From: a virus
Lineage: Duplodnaviria; Caudoviricetes
Length of the DNA: 28,238 nt
Reading direction: 5' to 3' (one strand)
IMG/VR virus record: IMGVR_UViG_3300020045_005270
Coordinates: 1-28,238 of that record
The position numbers and the translations under genes are program-made. How positions within the stretch are numbered: the stretch's first letter is position 1; the number at the start of each line of letters is the position of its first letter. The notes under the pieces are model-generated. The model saw only the letters and a list, made by a program, of their open reading frames with translations. It was not told where the DNA came from and made no database searches. Positions 17,873 to 25,770 of the stretch are shown in pieces.

Positions 17873-18212
17873 GTACAACCGGCACGCAGAGATCACCGAA
17901 CAAATGCACGACCTCTATAGCCGCAAGAATGAGGACTACAACGACAGCTTCGGTCGAATGTTTCAAGAGCTCGGGCCGATCACAGCGCTGACCAGGATCG
18001 GAGACAAATTCGAGCGGATCAAGTCCCTGGTCACAAGAGGCCGGCAGCTGGTAGACGACGAGAGCGTCAAGGACACGCTGCTGGATATGGCCAACTATTG
18101 CATAATGACCATAATAGAGCTGGAGGAGATCGAGGCGAAAGCAAAGCCGCAGCCGATCACGCCGGTACGGCACGCAACAGACAGACCGTTCAAAGACGCC
18201 CTGGAAGATTAA
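17853..18212 (+). CDS. DUF1599 / nucleotide-modification-associated domain 1 (Nmad1) protein
   Basis: KNEDYNDSF...RIGDKFER...DESVKDTLLDMANYCIM signature. Confidence 0.85.
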   Translation: MAKYASKYNRHAEITEQMHDLYSRKNEDYNDSFGRMFQELGPITALTRIGDKFERIKSLVTRGRQLVDDESVKDTLLDMANYCIMTIIELEEIEAKAKPQPITPVRHATDRPFKDALED

Positions 18213-18222
18213 GAGACGACAC

Positions 18223-18249
18223 GCCTCGGGAGAGATCCCGGGGCTTTTT
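18223..18249 (+). terminator. rho-independent terminator
   Basis: GCCTCGGGA-gaga-TCCCGGGGC followed by TTTTT. Confidence 0.85.
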
Positions 18250-18302
18250 CTCGCTTTATGTCATAAAAATGTTACACTTGATACATTTTATCGATTATTG
18301 GC

Positions 18303-18331
18303 TTGACTGCTGTCGTATTATGTAATATAAT
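18303..18331 (+). promoter_or_regulatory. sigma-A promoter of methyltransferase/accessory operon
   Basis: TTGACT, 17-bp spacer, TATAAT. Confidence 0.85.
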
Positions 18332-18384
18332 TCTAATTGGTAGTAGTAGTAATAGTTTAGAGTCGAAAAGGAGGATTTTATTAT

Positions 18385-19377
18385 ATGGACAAGCAGTACA
18401 CAGTCAACGACTTTTTCTGCGGCTGCGGAGGCATGGGCCTCGGATTTAAGCAGGCCGGGTACATAACCGCAGGAGCCTGGGATTTTGACAAATTTGCAGT
18501 CGAGAGCTATCGGCATAATGTCGATCCAGTAGTCGCTCAAGCAGATATTCAACAAATGCACTATGCTGACATTCCTGCCGCAGACGTTTGGACGTTTGGC
18601 TTTCCGTGCCAGGACCTATCCATTGCCGGTAAACAAGCCGGACTTTATGAGGGAACTAGGTCGAGGCTATTCTTTGAAATTATGAGACTGATAGACGAGC
18701 TCGACATGATGGGAGAAGAAAGACCAAAAGTAATAATGGCCGAGAACGTGAAAGCACTCAAGCCATACCTGCCGGTGCTCGAGGAAGAATACAGCAAAAG
18801 AGGCTATAAAACTTATTATATTCTTTACAATTCGCAGTACTGGGGCGCTCCGCAAAGGAGAGAGAGATATTTTGTCCTCGGAGTCAGAGAGGATTTGGAG
18901 AAAAACTTTGTATTTCCAAAACAGGGGAAAGTCATAACAAAGCAGCTCATTGATGTATTAGACAAAGGCGTCGAGGAAAAATACTATTCTTTTAAAATAC
19001 CGGACACCGTAGAATTTGACGAAGAAAATCTCACCGTAAAAATAAAAGAGGCTACAAAGAAAGGTTACGCTATAGGAGGCCTGGGGGATAGCATAAACAT
19101 GATACACCCTAACAGCAGTACTCGCCGAGGTAGAGTGGGAAAAGGGGTATTTCAAACAATAATGACAGGTACGGAACAATTCATAATAGATCCAGAGACT
19201 AAGCGCTTGAGAAAAATAACGCCAGGAGAATGCGGAAAGGCGCAAGGCTTTCCAATGGACACCAGCTGGGAGCAAGTGGTCAGCGACACTCAAGCATATA
19301 AGCAATTTGGAAATGCTGTCACCGTCAACGTGGCCGAAGCTATCGCAAAAGCTATCATGGAACAGATTTTAATATAA
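18385..19377 (+). CDS. DNA (cytosine-5)-methyltransferase, orphan
   Basis: Motif I FCGCGG, IV GFPCQDLS, VI ENV, VIII PQRRER, IX/X AQGFP...YKQFGNAV. No adjacent restriction endonuclease. Confidence 0.95.
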   Translation: MDKQYTVNDFFCGCGGMGLGFKQAGYITAGAWDFDKFAVESYRHNVDPVVAQADIQQMHYADIPAADVWTFGFPCQDLSIAGKQAGLYEGTRSRLFFEIMRLIDELDMMGEERPKVIMAENVKALKPYLPVLEEEYSKRGYKTYYILYNSQYWGAPQRRERYFVLGVREDLEKNFVFPKQGKVITKQLIDVLDKGVEEKYYSFKIPDTVEFDEENLTVKIKEATKKGYAIGGLGDSINMIHPNSSTRRGRVGKGVFQTIMTGTEQFIIDPETKRLRKITPGECGKAQGFPMDTSWEQVVSDTQAYKQFGNAVTVNVAEAIAKAIMEQILI

Positions 19378-19389
19378 GGAGGACAAGCA

Positions 19390-19950
19390 ATGAGTATCAA
19401 GGAAGCATTCAGCAGAATGAAGGTAACAGACAAAGAGCGCATGGCCCTGGAGGCCACGCTCAGAGGCATAGACCTCGAGACAGTTTTCAACGCTATGGAC
19501 AACCTGGCCGAGCTGCTCAAGCCTTTATATGAGAAAAACCTCGCAGCCCTGGGTGCAGATCAACCTGCAGCAACAAATGCACCAGCGCACAACATCAACG
19601 GGACCGAGTGGCTATGCGTGGATCCAGTTTATCCGCAGGGCGGACTGGCGGGCAAGATCCTGGACTCAGACACGGATCCGGATCACAACGGGGACGGGGA
19701 CGTCACGATCCAGTACCAGGACGGCTCCAAGTTTACGACCAAGTATCGAAAATTTTTAGACGCTCACCAAGAGATTAAGCGCGAGGACCTGGCCAAAGAG
19801 GAAATGGCTGCAGCGGCAGAAATGCTCATCGGGCTGGACCTGGCCGAAGGACACGCCATGGACTGTCCTCAATGCGGCATAAAGTCAACCAGCTTTACAA
19901 ATGGTATGTGCTGCATATGCTGGGACGATCGACACAGGGAGGAGGCATGA
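19390..19950 (+). CDS. hypothetical multi-domain protein with C-terminal Cys cluster
   Basis: RBS AAGGAGG. Helical N-terminus, PAATNAPA linker, small beta domain, then CPQC-x10-CCIC. Confidence 0.7.
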   Translation: MSIKEAFSRMKVTDKERMALEATLRGIDLETVFNAMDNLAELLKPLYEKNLAALGADQPAATNAPAHNINGTEWLCVDPVYPQGGLAGKILDSDTDPDHNGDGDVTIQYQDGSKFTTKYRKFLDAHQEIKREDLAKEEMAAAAEMLIGLDLAEGHAMDCPQCGIKSTSFTNGMCCICWDDRHREEA

Positions 19951-20246
19951 TCATGGGATACGGAATGACTGACGTTATACTGCAGCTAGCAATGCACCTC
20001 AAGAATGAATATCCGGGAGTCGAGGAGATCCTGGTCAGAGATCCGGACGTTTTGACGGACTCATACGCTTTGAAGATCCGCGGCAAGACTTCGGACGGGC
20101 TACCGATCGGATCAGTAATCGACATCAACATGATGGATATAGGCCAAGGCGCTGGAAGCATGGCCGAGATCCATGCTCGCATGGGCCAAGTGATCAAATA
20201 TGCTTTTGAGGAATTTAGAAAAGTAAAGGAGGCAAACGAGGCATGA
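19947..20246 (+). CDS. hypothetical protein
   Basis: Start reassigned to ATG 19947/19953 after GGAGGAGG. ATGA overlaps at both ends. Confidence 0.7.
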   Translation: MIMGYGMTDVILQLAMHLKNEYPGVEEILVRDPDVLTDSYALKIRGKTSDGLPIGSVIDINMMDIGQGAGSMAEIHARMGQVIKYAFEEFRKVKEANEA

Positions 20247-20503
20247 TCGAAACTATAAATAATTATTATTGTGACAGCTGCGGAGAGAAGAAAGAAGCGG
20301 ACGACCTTTGCAAAGTCTCTATATCTGTAGAGCCAAAGGGCCCGACAGTGAGAGACGGCCAGCACTGGGACAGATCCACAAAGGACGTATGCTCCGACTG
20401 TCTAAAGCTGATCGGATATGAGCAATATCGCATACCTGCGAAAATGAGTATCTATGCAGCATTTAAGAATAAATTTTTTAGAGAAGGAGGATCACGACGA
20501 TGA
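20243..20503 (+). CDS. small zinc-binding protein
   Basis: CDSC ... CSDC pairs, translationally coupled on both sides. Confidence 0.7.
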   Translation: MIETINNYYCDSCGEKKEADDLCKVSISVEPKGPTVRDGQHWDRSTKDVCSDCLKLIGYEQYRIPAKMSIYAAFKNKFFREGGSRR

Positions 20504-20832
20504 ACAATCTCACATATATGGTAAAGGCACAAAAGACAGACGGCACAGTCGGAAAAGAGGAGAAGCTCCTCAACGCTGCGCTCGGACTAGCCGGAGAGGC
20601 TGGAGAGTTTGCAGATCATATTAAGAAAAACCGCTTTCAAGGACACGACCTGGATCCGGATCACCTGGTCAAGGAGCTGGGCGATATTTTGTGGTACATA
20701 GCCCAAGCGGCCACAGCCCTGGACGTACCGATCGACGAGGTCATGGCCCGCAACATCAAGAAGCTGGAGGCCAGGTACCCGGAGGGACACTTTGACGCTG
20801 ATCGCTCCAGGAACAGAGAGGAGGGCAAGTGA
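20500..20832 (+). CDS. MazG-like nucleoside triphosphate pyrophosphohydrolase
   Basis: GLAGEAGEFADHIKK...KELGDILWY...NIKKL..RY. Confidence 0.9.
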   Translation: MNNLTYMVKAQKTDGTVGKEEKLLNAALGLAGEAGEFADHIKKNRFQGHDLDPDHLVKELGDILWYIAQAATALDVPIDEVMARNIKKLEARYPEGHFDADRSRNREEGK

Positions 20833-21116
20833 TCATGGGAAGAAAAGCGAAAACCTTTAGGCAGGACTTTGTCAGACTTAACCGGTGCCCGTGCGGTGCT
20901 GATCAAATGGGCTGGATCCCAGGAACGCCGACAAAAGACGGCACGAAAATGTATCATGCTATATGTGAGGGCTGCGGCGATATTGTCACCGGTACCAGCT
21001 GCAGCGGCAAAGGCGTCCATATGTACAAGGACGCATGGAACAGACACATGGCCAAGCGCCAGGAACAAGCAGGCGGATCCATAGAGGGTCCAGCACAAGA
21101 GGAGGAAACAGAATGA
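20829..21116 (+). CDS. Lar-like (restriction alleviation family) zinc-finger protein
   Basis: L..CPCG ... Y...C..CG ... AWNR matches the Lar family layout, though the first knuckle is one residue short. Confidence 0.55.
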   Translation: MIMGRKAKTFRQDFVRLNRCPCGADQMGWIPGTPTKDGTKMYHAICEGCGDIVTGTSCSGKGVHMYKDAWNRHMAKRQEQAGGSIEGPAQEEETE

Positions 21117-22189
21117 GCACAGACTTGATCGTATTAGACCAAAAGTTGCCGATCATCAATATAAATTTTGACGAGGTAGAGAAAGAGCTGCAGAGACTGC
21201 TCGCCTTTTATCAAGGGCTAGCTGTCACAGAGGACACCATCAAAGAAGCCAAAGAGGTACAGAAGAAGCTGGCCAAGCTTGGCAAGGAGATCAACCAGCG
21301 CAAGATCGAGATCAAGAAAGAAATGTCAGCACCGATCGCAGCCTTTGAGGATCGCTGCAAGCGTCTCATTTTAATGGTCGACGAGGTCAACGCTCCGATC
21401 AAAGAAGGGCTGCAGGTATTTGAGGACAAGCGCAGAGAGGAGAAAGCAGACCAGGTCAACCATCATATCCAGCTAATGATCGCAAAGCACGGCCTGCTGC
21501 CGAAATACGCGACGCTGCTCACAGTCGACGAGAAGTATCTCAACGTGACCACAACGATGAAAAGCATTAAAGAGGACATCGACGCGAAGGTGGCCACCTT
21601 GGCCAAGATCCAGGAGGAAGCAGCCAAAGCCCAGGAGACGATCGCGGCGCATATCCAGCAAATGAATGACCTTTTAGATTTAGCGCAGCCGATCAAGGCG
21701 GAGGAGTTTACCTGGATCAACGACGAGGACCTGGACCTGCAAGGGACGCTGGCCGAGATCACCAGGAGAGCAAAGGACCGGAAAGCTGCAGAGACTGCTG
21801 CAGTCGAGAAGCAGAAAGCCAAAGAGGCAGAGGAGAGATCCAGGGCAGCAGCTTCGGATCCAGTCGAGATCGTGGCCCAGGAATTCAACGTCCCGGACGA
21901 CGTGATCAAAGCAGTAGATCCTGCAGGTGATCCTGCAGGTGATCAGTTTGCTGCTTTCGTACAGAGTCATACACCTGTTAGGCAGCCGCAGATCCTAAAC
22001 ATGGAACAAACGGCCGAAGCGCTGGCCGATTTTATAACTAAAGACACGCCGCCGCCATATATTCAGACACCAGCACCGACGTCCGGGTCTAAGATCTACA
22101 CGCTGACGATCAAAGTGCCGGAGGCGCAGCTGCAGGATCTTGAGAACTATCTCACAGATAACCTCATTCAAATAGTGATCAAAAGATAA
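21113..22189 (+). CDS. DUF1351 family coiled-coil protein
   Basis: 'NFDE.E..L...Y.GL.VTEDTIKEAK...L.K....I...K.EIKK....PI..FE' pattern. Start reassigned to ATG 21113 after GGAGG. Confidence 0.8.
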   Translation: MSTDLIVLDQKLPIININFDEVEKELQRLLAFYQGLAVTEDTIKEAKEVQKKLAKLGKEINQRKIEIKKEMSAPIAAFEDRCKRLILMVDEVNAPIKEGLQVFEDKRREEKADQVNHHIQLMIAKHGLLPKYATLLTVDEKYLNVTTTMKSIKEDIDAKVATLAKIQEEAAKAQETIAAHIQQMNDLLDLAQPIKAEEFTWINDEDLDLQGTLAEITRRAKDRKAAETAAVEKQKAKEAEERSRAAASDPVEIVAQEFNVPDDVIKAVDPAGDPAGDQFAAFVQSHTPVRQPQILNMEQTAEALADFITKDTPPPYIQTPAPTSGSKIYTLTIKVPEAQLQDLENYLTDNLIQIVIKR

Positions 22190-22202
22190 AGGAGGACTAC
22201 CA

Positions 22203-22412
22203 ATGACACCACAAGAAATGAAAACGCGCAGGCAAGCGCTTGGACTCACTCAAATAGAGGTAGCGATCGCTGTCGGGGTCTCAGTACCAGCCTATCGATT
22301 ATGGGAGGGAGGAGGAACAAAGCCGACGTCTGATAACGCGGTAAAACTAAAAGAGGTACTGGGAGGTGCAGCAAATGAGGCCACAAACGACAGCAAAGCA
22401 GCAAGAGGATAG
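22203..22412 (+). CDS. XRE/Cro-like HTH protein
   Basis: RQALGLTQIEVAIAVGVSVPAYRLWEGG. Confidence 0.88.
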   Translation: MTPQEMKTRRQALGLTQIEVAIAVGVSVPAYRLWEGGGTKPTSDNAVKLKEVLGGAANEATNDSKAARG

Positions 22413-24852
22413 ATCCCTAAAACATGACGGGCAGATCGCTGTCGCCATAGGTAAGAGCCGCAAGGAGACCAAGTGGAAGAACACCACCATGCAATGGGTC
22501 GACCTGGTGAGCAAGCTCGCAGTCACTACCAGGACGCGGGAGACATTCGCCAAGTACCAACGAATGACCAGGGACGAGAAAGCAGAGATAAAAGACGTCG
22601 GCGGCTTCGTGGGCGGCGTTATAAAGAACGGGCGCAGGAAAGCCGGCCAGGTAGCATGGCGATCGCTGATCACGCTTGACGCGGACTTTGCAGACGCTGA
22701 ATTTTGGCAAAAGGTCGAGCTGCTATTCGGCAACGCCATGGTCATGTATTCAACCCATAGCCATGCACCGGAAAGCCCAAAGCTGCGCCTGGTGGCACCA
22801 CTCAGCAGACAGGTGACAGCTGACGAATACGAGGCGGTCTCTCGCTTTATTGCAGCAGATATCGGCATTGACTTATTCGACGACACGACCTACCAGCCCG
22901 AGCGCCTTATGTATTGGCCATCGACTGCAGAGGACGGCGAGTTTTTATTCGAGTACCTGGACGGGCCATTTATTGATCCGGACGATATCCTCAGACGCCA
23001 CCCGGAATGGAAGGACGCAACCACCTGGCCGGAGAGCAGCAGGGCCCATCAAATTAGAGTAAAGCACGCAGAAAAGCAAGGAGATCCAAGAGAGAAGCCA
23101 GGAGCCGTCGGCGCATTCTGCCGGACCTACACAGTGACGGAAGCCATGGCCGAGTTTTTACCGGACATATACACCCCGTGCGATCAGCACAACCGCTACA
23201 CCTACGCGCTAGGATCAGCGAGCGCCGGCGTGATCGTTTATGATACAGACCTTTTCAGCTTTAGCCACCACGGCACAGACCCAGCAGGCGGGATCCTATG
23301 CAACGCATTTGACCTGGTAAGGATCCACAAGTTTGGCCTCAAGGACGAGGACGAGCGGGACGACACGCTAGTGCATAAGCTGCCAAGCTACCAGGCCATG
23401 ACAGAGTGGGCCATCACATTGGATCCAGTCAAGATCGAGCTCGCAAACGCGAGAGCTGCAGAGGCTGCCGAGGAATTCAGCGCAGCATATGAGCAAGTCG
23501 CAGCTGCCGCCGATGGATCAGAGGAAGATCCGGACGCCTGGAAAGCAAAGCTCGCATATAACGAAAAAGGCGGCATTATCCAAAGTATCCACAACACCCT
23601 GTTAATACTTCGACATGATCCGATCATAAAAGGCTGCATAGCCCTGGACGAATTCACCAGGAAGATCAACTCTAAAAAGTCGGTACCCTGGAAGCAGATC
23701 TCCTCTCCGGATCCATGGACGGATAATGACGACGCAGCGCTCAGACATTACCTGGAGATCGCGTACAACATGAAAAAGCGAGAGTCAATCAATGACGCGG
23801 TGCAGATCATCACGAAGGAAAACCAATACCACCCGATCAGAGAATACCTGGACAGTCTCACCTGGGACGGAGTGCCAAGGATCGAGACAGCGCTCATTGA
23901 TTTTCTAGGCGTAGAGGACAACCTATACACCAGGGAAGCCAGTCGGAAATGGTTTACGGCTGCAGCAGCACGGATCCGCAAGCCTGGCGTCAAGTTTGAT
24001 AATATGCTCATATTAGTAGGGGACCAGGGCGTCGGCAAGAGTCAATTCTTTAACCGGATAGCTCGACACCTTGCATGGTTTTCTGACAGTATGAACAAAT
24101 TCGACAACAGCAAAGAGGCCATGGAGCAGCTGGCCGGAAAATGGATCATAGAGCTTGGCGAGCTTTCAGCCCTTAAGAAATACGAGGTCGAGCACGTCAA
24201 GGTATTTCTATCTAAGCAAGAGGACTCATACCGACCAAGCTATGGCAAGCGCACCGAGACATACCATCGTCAATGCGTATTTGGCGGAACGACCAACCGT
24301 GAAGATTTTCTCCAGGACGCAACAGGTGCCCGCCGATTTTGGCCAGTAAAGGTCAAAGACGCCAGTCGTATGTGGTCCGCCATGACGCCTGCCGTCGTAG
24401 ATCAGCTATGGGCCGAGGCAGACGTCAGCTATCAGCTGGGAGAGCCTCTTTATTTATCACCTGCAGCTGCGGCCCTTGTAAAAGTGCAGCATGAGCAATA
24501 CACAGAGCTAGGCGGCAAAGTGGGAGCTGCCGGGGAATTCTTAGAGAAGCCGCTGCCGGCTGACTGGGAGGAGAAGGGGGCACGCGACAAGGTGGACTGG
24601 CTGAATGGCTATGAATTCGGGACGGCCAATTTAGAGGCCACAGCGCCAAGGGACGAGATCAGCGGAGTGGAGTTATTCGTTGAATGCTTCGGCGGCCGGA
24701 TCGACAGTTTCACGAAGCGCGACGCCTACGAAATGAGCGATATCTTGACAACGATCGGCTGGGTACGTAGCGGAGAGTTAAAAAGAATAAAAGATTATGG
24801 CCGTCAGCGCATATTTAAGCGCCAGGGACTGGAACAAAACAGCCCGAAATGA
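22375..24852 (+). CDS. primase-helicase, virulence-associated E (VirE/VapE) family
   Basis: N-terminal primase-like region (KDVGGFVGG, LDAD, STHSH, RLMYWPS), Walker A GDQGVGKS, Walker B IIELGEL, GTTN...D.TG.RRFWP. Start at ATG 22375 after GGGAGG. Confidence 0.92.
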   Translation: MRPQTTAKQQEDRSLKHDGQIAVAIGKSRKETKWKNTTMQWVDLVSKLAVTTRTRETFAKYQRMTRDEKAEIKDVGGFVGGVIKNGRRKAGQVAWRSLITLDADFADAEFWQKVELLFGNAMVMYSTHSHAPESPKLRLVAPLSRQVTADEYEAVSRFIAADIGIDLFDDTTYQPERLMYWPSTAEDGEFLFEYLDGPFIDPDDILRRHPEWKDATTWPESSRAHQIRVKHAEKQGDPREKPGAVGAFCRTYTVTEAMAEFLPDIYTPCDQHNRYTYALGSASAGVIVYDTDLFSFSHHGTDPAGGILCNAFDLVRIHKFGLKDEDERDDTLVHKLPSYQAMTEWAITLDPVKIELANARAAEAAEEFSAAYEQVAAAADGSEEDPDAWKAKLAYNEKGGIIQSIHNTLLILRHDPIIKGCIALDEFTRKINSKKSVPWKQISSPDPWTDNDDAALRHYLEIAYNMKKRESINDAVQIITKENQYHPIREYLDSLTWDGVPRIETALIDFLGVEDNLYTREASRKWFTAAAARIRKPGVKFDNMLILVGDQGVGKSQFFNRIARHLAWFSDSMNKFDNSKEAMEQLAGKWIIELGELSALKKYEVEHVKVFLSKQEDSYRPSYGKRTETYHRQCVFGGTTNREDFLQDATGARRFWPVKVKDASRMWSAMTPAVVDQLWAEADVSYQLGEPLYLSPAAAALVKVQHEQYTELGGKVGAAGEFLEKPLPADWEEKGARDKVDWLNGYEFGTANLEATAPRDEISGVELFVECFGGRIDSFTKRDAYEMSDILTTIGWVRSGELKRIKDYGRQRIFKRQGLEQNSPK

Positions 24853-25210
24853 TACAAAATATATCATGTGTAGTGGATACAAGCCCTGGATACAAGACTG
24901 AGAAGTAGACAGGTGGATACAAGCGGAACAAAATATTTTAAAACTTTTCATGTTACGACTGTAAGAAAAACGACCCGAGCTGGTAACAAGAAAACGTCTT
25001 GTATCCACTTGTACCAAGTCTTGTATCCACCCAAAATGTAGTAAACTCAAGGCATTAGGGGCTATTGGTAACAAGATAACAAGATTTTATCTATAATAAA
25101 GTATTATATTATATATATAGAAAAATAGGGTGTTATGCGCAAGCGCACACGCGTATAGAAACTTTGAGCCCTTGTTCACTAATTCTTGTATCCACCACAA
25201 GTGTAACATT
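24851..25210. repeat. putative replication origin: GTGGATACAAG iterons plus AT-rich tract
   Basis: Forward copies at 24873, 24886 (CTGG variant) and 24913. Reverse copies at 24998, 25020 and 25185. TGGTAACAAG variants at 24981 and 25066. AT tract about 25084-25127. Confidence 0.7.
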
Positions 25211-25233
25211 AAAAAGACGGGAGGCAAAATGCA

Positions 25234-25530
25234 ATGCAAGAGTCAGACATAGAAAGTTATTTAAGACGGGAAGCTATAAAGCTAAACGCCATGCCGATGA
25301 AATTCGTATCACCAGGCCTCAGAGGAGTACCGGATCGCTGCCTTGCGTTCCCGGGAGGCTTAATGGTATTCGTCGAGCTGAAAGCACCAGGAGAAAAACC
25401 ACGCAAGCAGCAAGAGTATAGAATGCAGCAGCTACGTGATAGAGGCTTTATAGTTAAAGTCATAGACGACAGATCCGGCGTAGATCGTCTCATGGCAGAG
25501 GTCAAAACAATTCAGAAAATGACAAATTGA
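25234..25530 (+). CDS. VRR-NUC domain nuclease
   Basis: ESDIE..L...KFVSPG..GVPDR...FVELKAPGEKPRKQQ. Confidence 0.92.
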   Translation: MQESDIESYLRREAIKLNAMPMKFVSPGLRGVPDRCLAFPGGLMVFVELKAPGEKPRKQQEYRMQQLRDRGFIVKVIDDRSGVDRLMAEVKTIQKMTN

Positions 25531-25555
25531 CTTATAAATCGACCTATCGTATAAT
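25527..25555 (+). promoter_or_regulatory. sigma-A promoter
   Basis: TTGACT, 17-bp spacer, TATAAT. Overlaps the VRR-NUC stop codon. Confidence 0.8.
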
Positions 25556-25593
25556 GGAACAAGTAATAAAAAACTAATAGGAGGACATGACGA

Positions 25594-25770
25594 ATGAGTG
25601 ATAATGCAAAAGCACAAAGCGAGCAGCGCAAAGCCTACGACAAAGCATACTATGAGGCCAATAAGGAGCGTAAAAAAGCCGCACGTCGCGAAAGGTACAA
25701 AGCAAACCCGGAAAAGGAGAAAGCATACGACAAAGCATACAAAGCTAAGAAAAAAGCAGGTGAGGCTTAA
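25594..25770 (+). CDS. small basic helical-repeat protein, 58 aa (not in ORF track)
   Basis: RBS AGGAGG, sequence MSDNAKAQSEQRKAYDKAYYEANKERKKAARRERYKANPEKEKAYDKAYKAKKKAGEA, TAATG-coupled to SNF2. Confidence 0.75.
   Translation: MSDNAKAQSEQRKAYDKAYYEANKERKKAARRERYKANPEKEKAYDKAYKAKKKAGEA

Noticed and set aside
18341-18355. TAG TAG TAG TAA TAG run in the MTase 5' leader
   Set aside because: Short low-complexity triplet run with no upstream ORF to terminate and no supportable role.
21917-21944. 12-bp tandem duplication GATCCTGCAGGT x2
   Set aside because: In-frame slippage (DPAG-DPAG) in a disordered linker of DUF1351, with no evidence of function.
24873-25195. Possible CRISPR or mini-array
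   Set aside because: The repeats are only 11 bp, in both orientations and irregularly spaced, which fits iterons. The Cas4-like DUF2800 is a standard phage replication gene.
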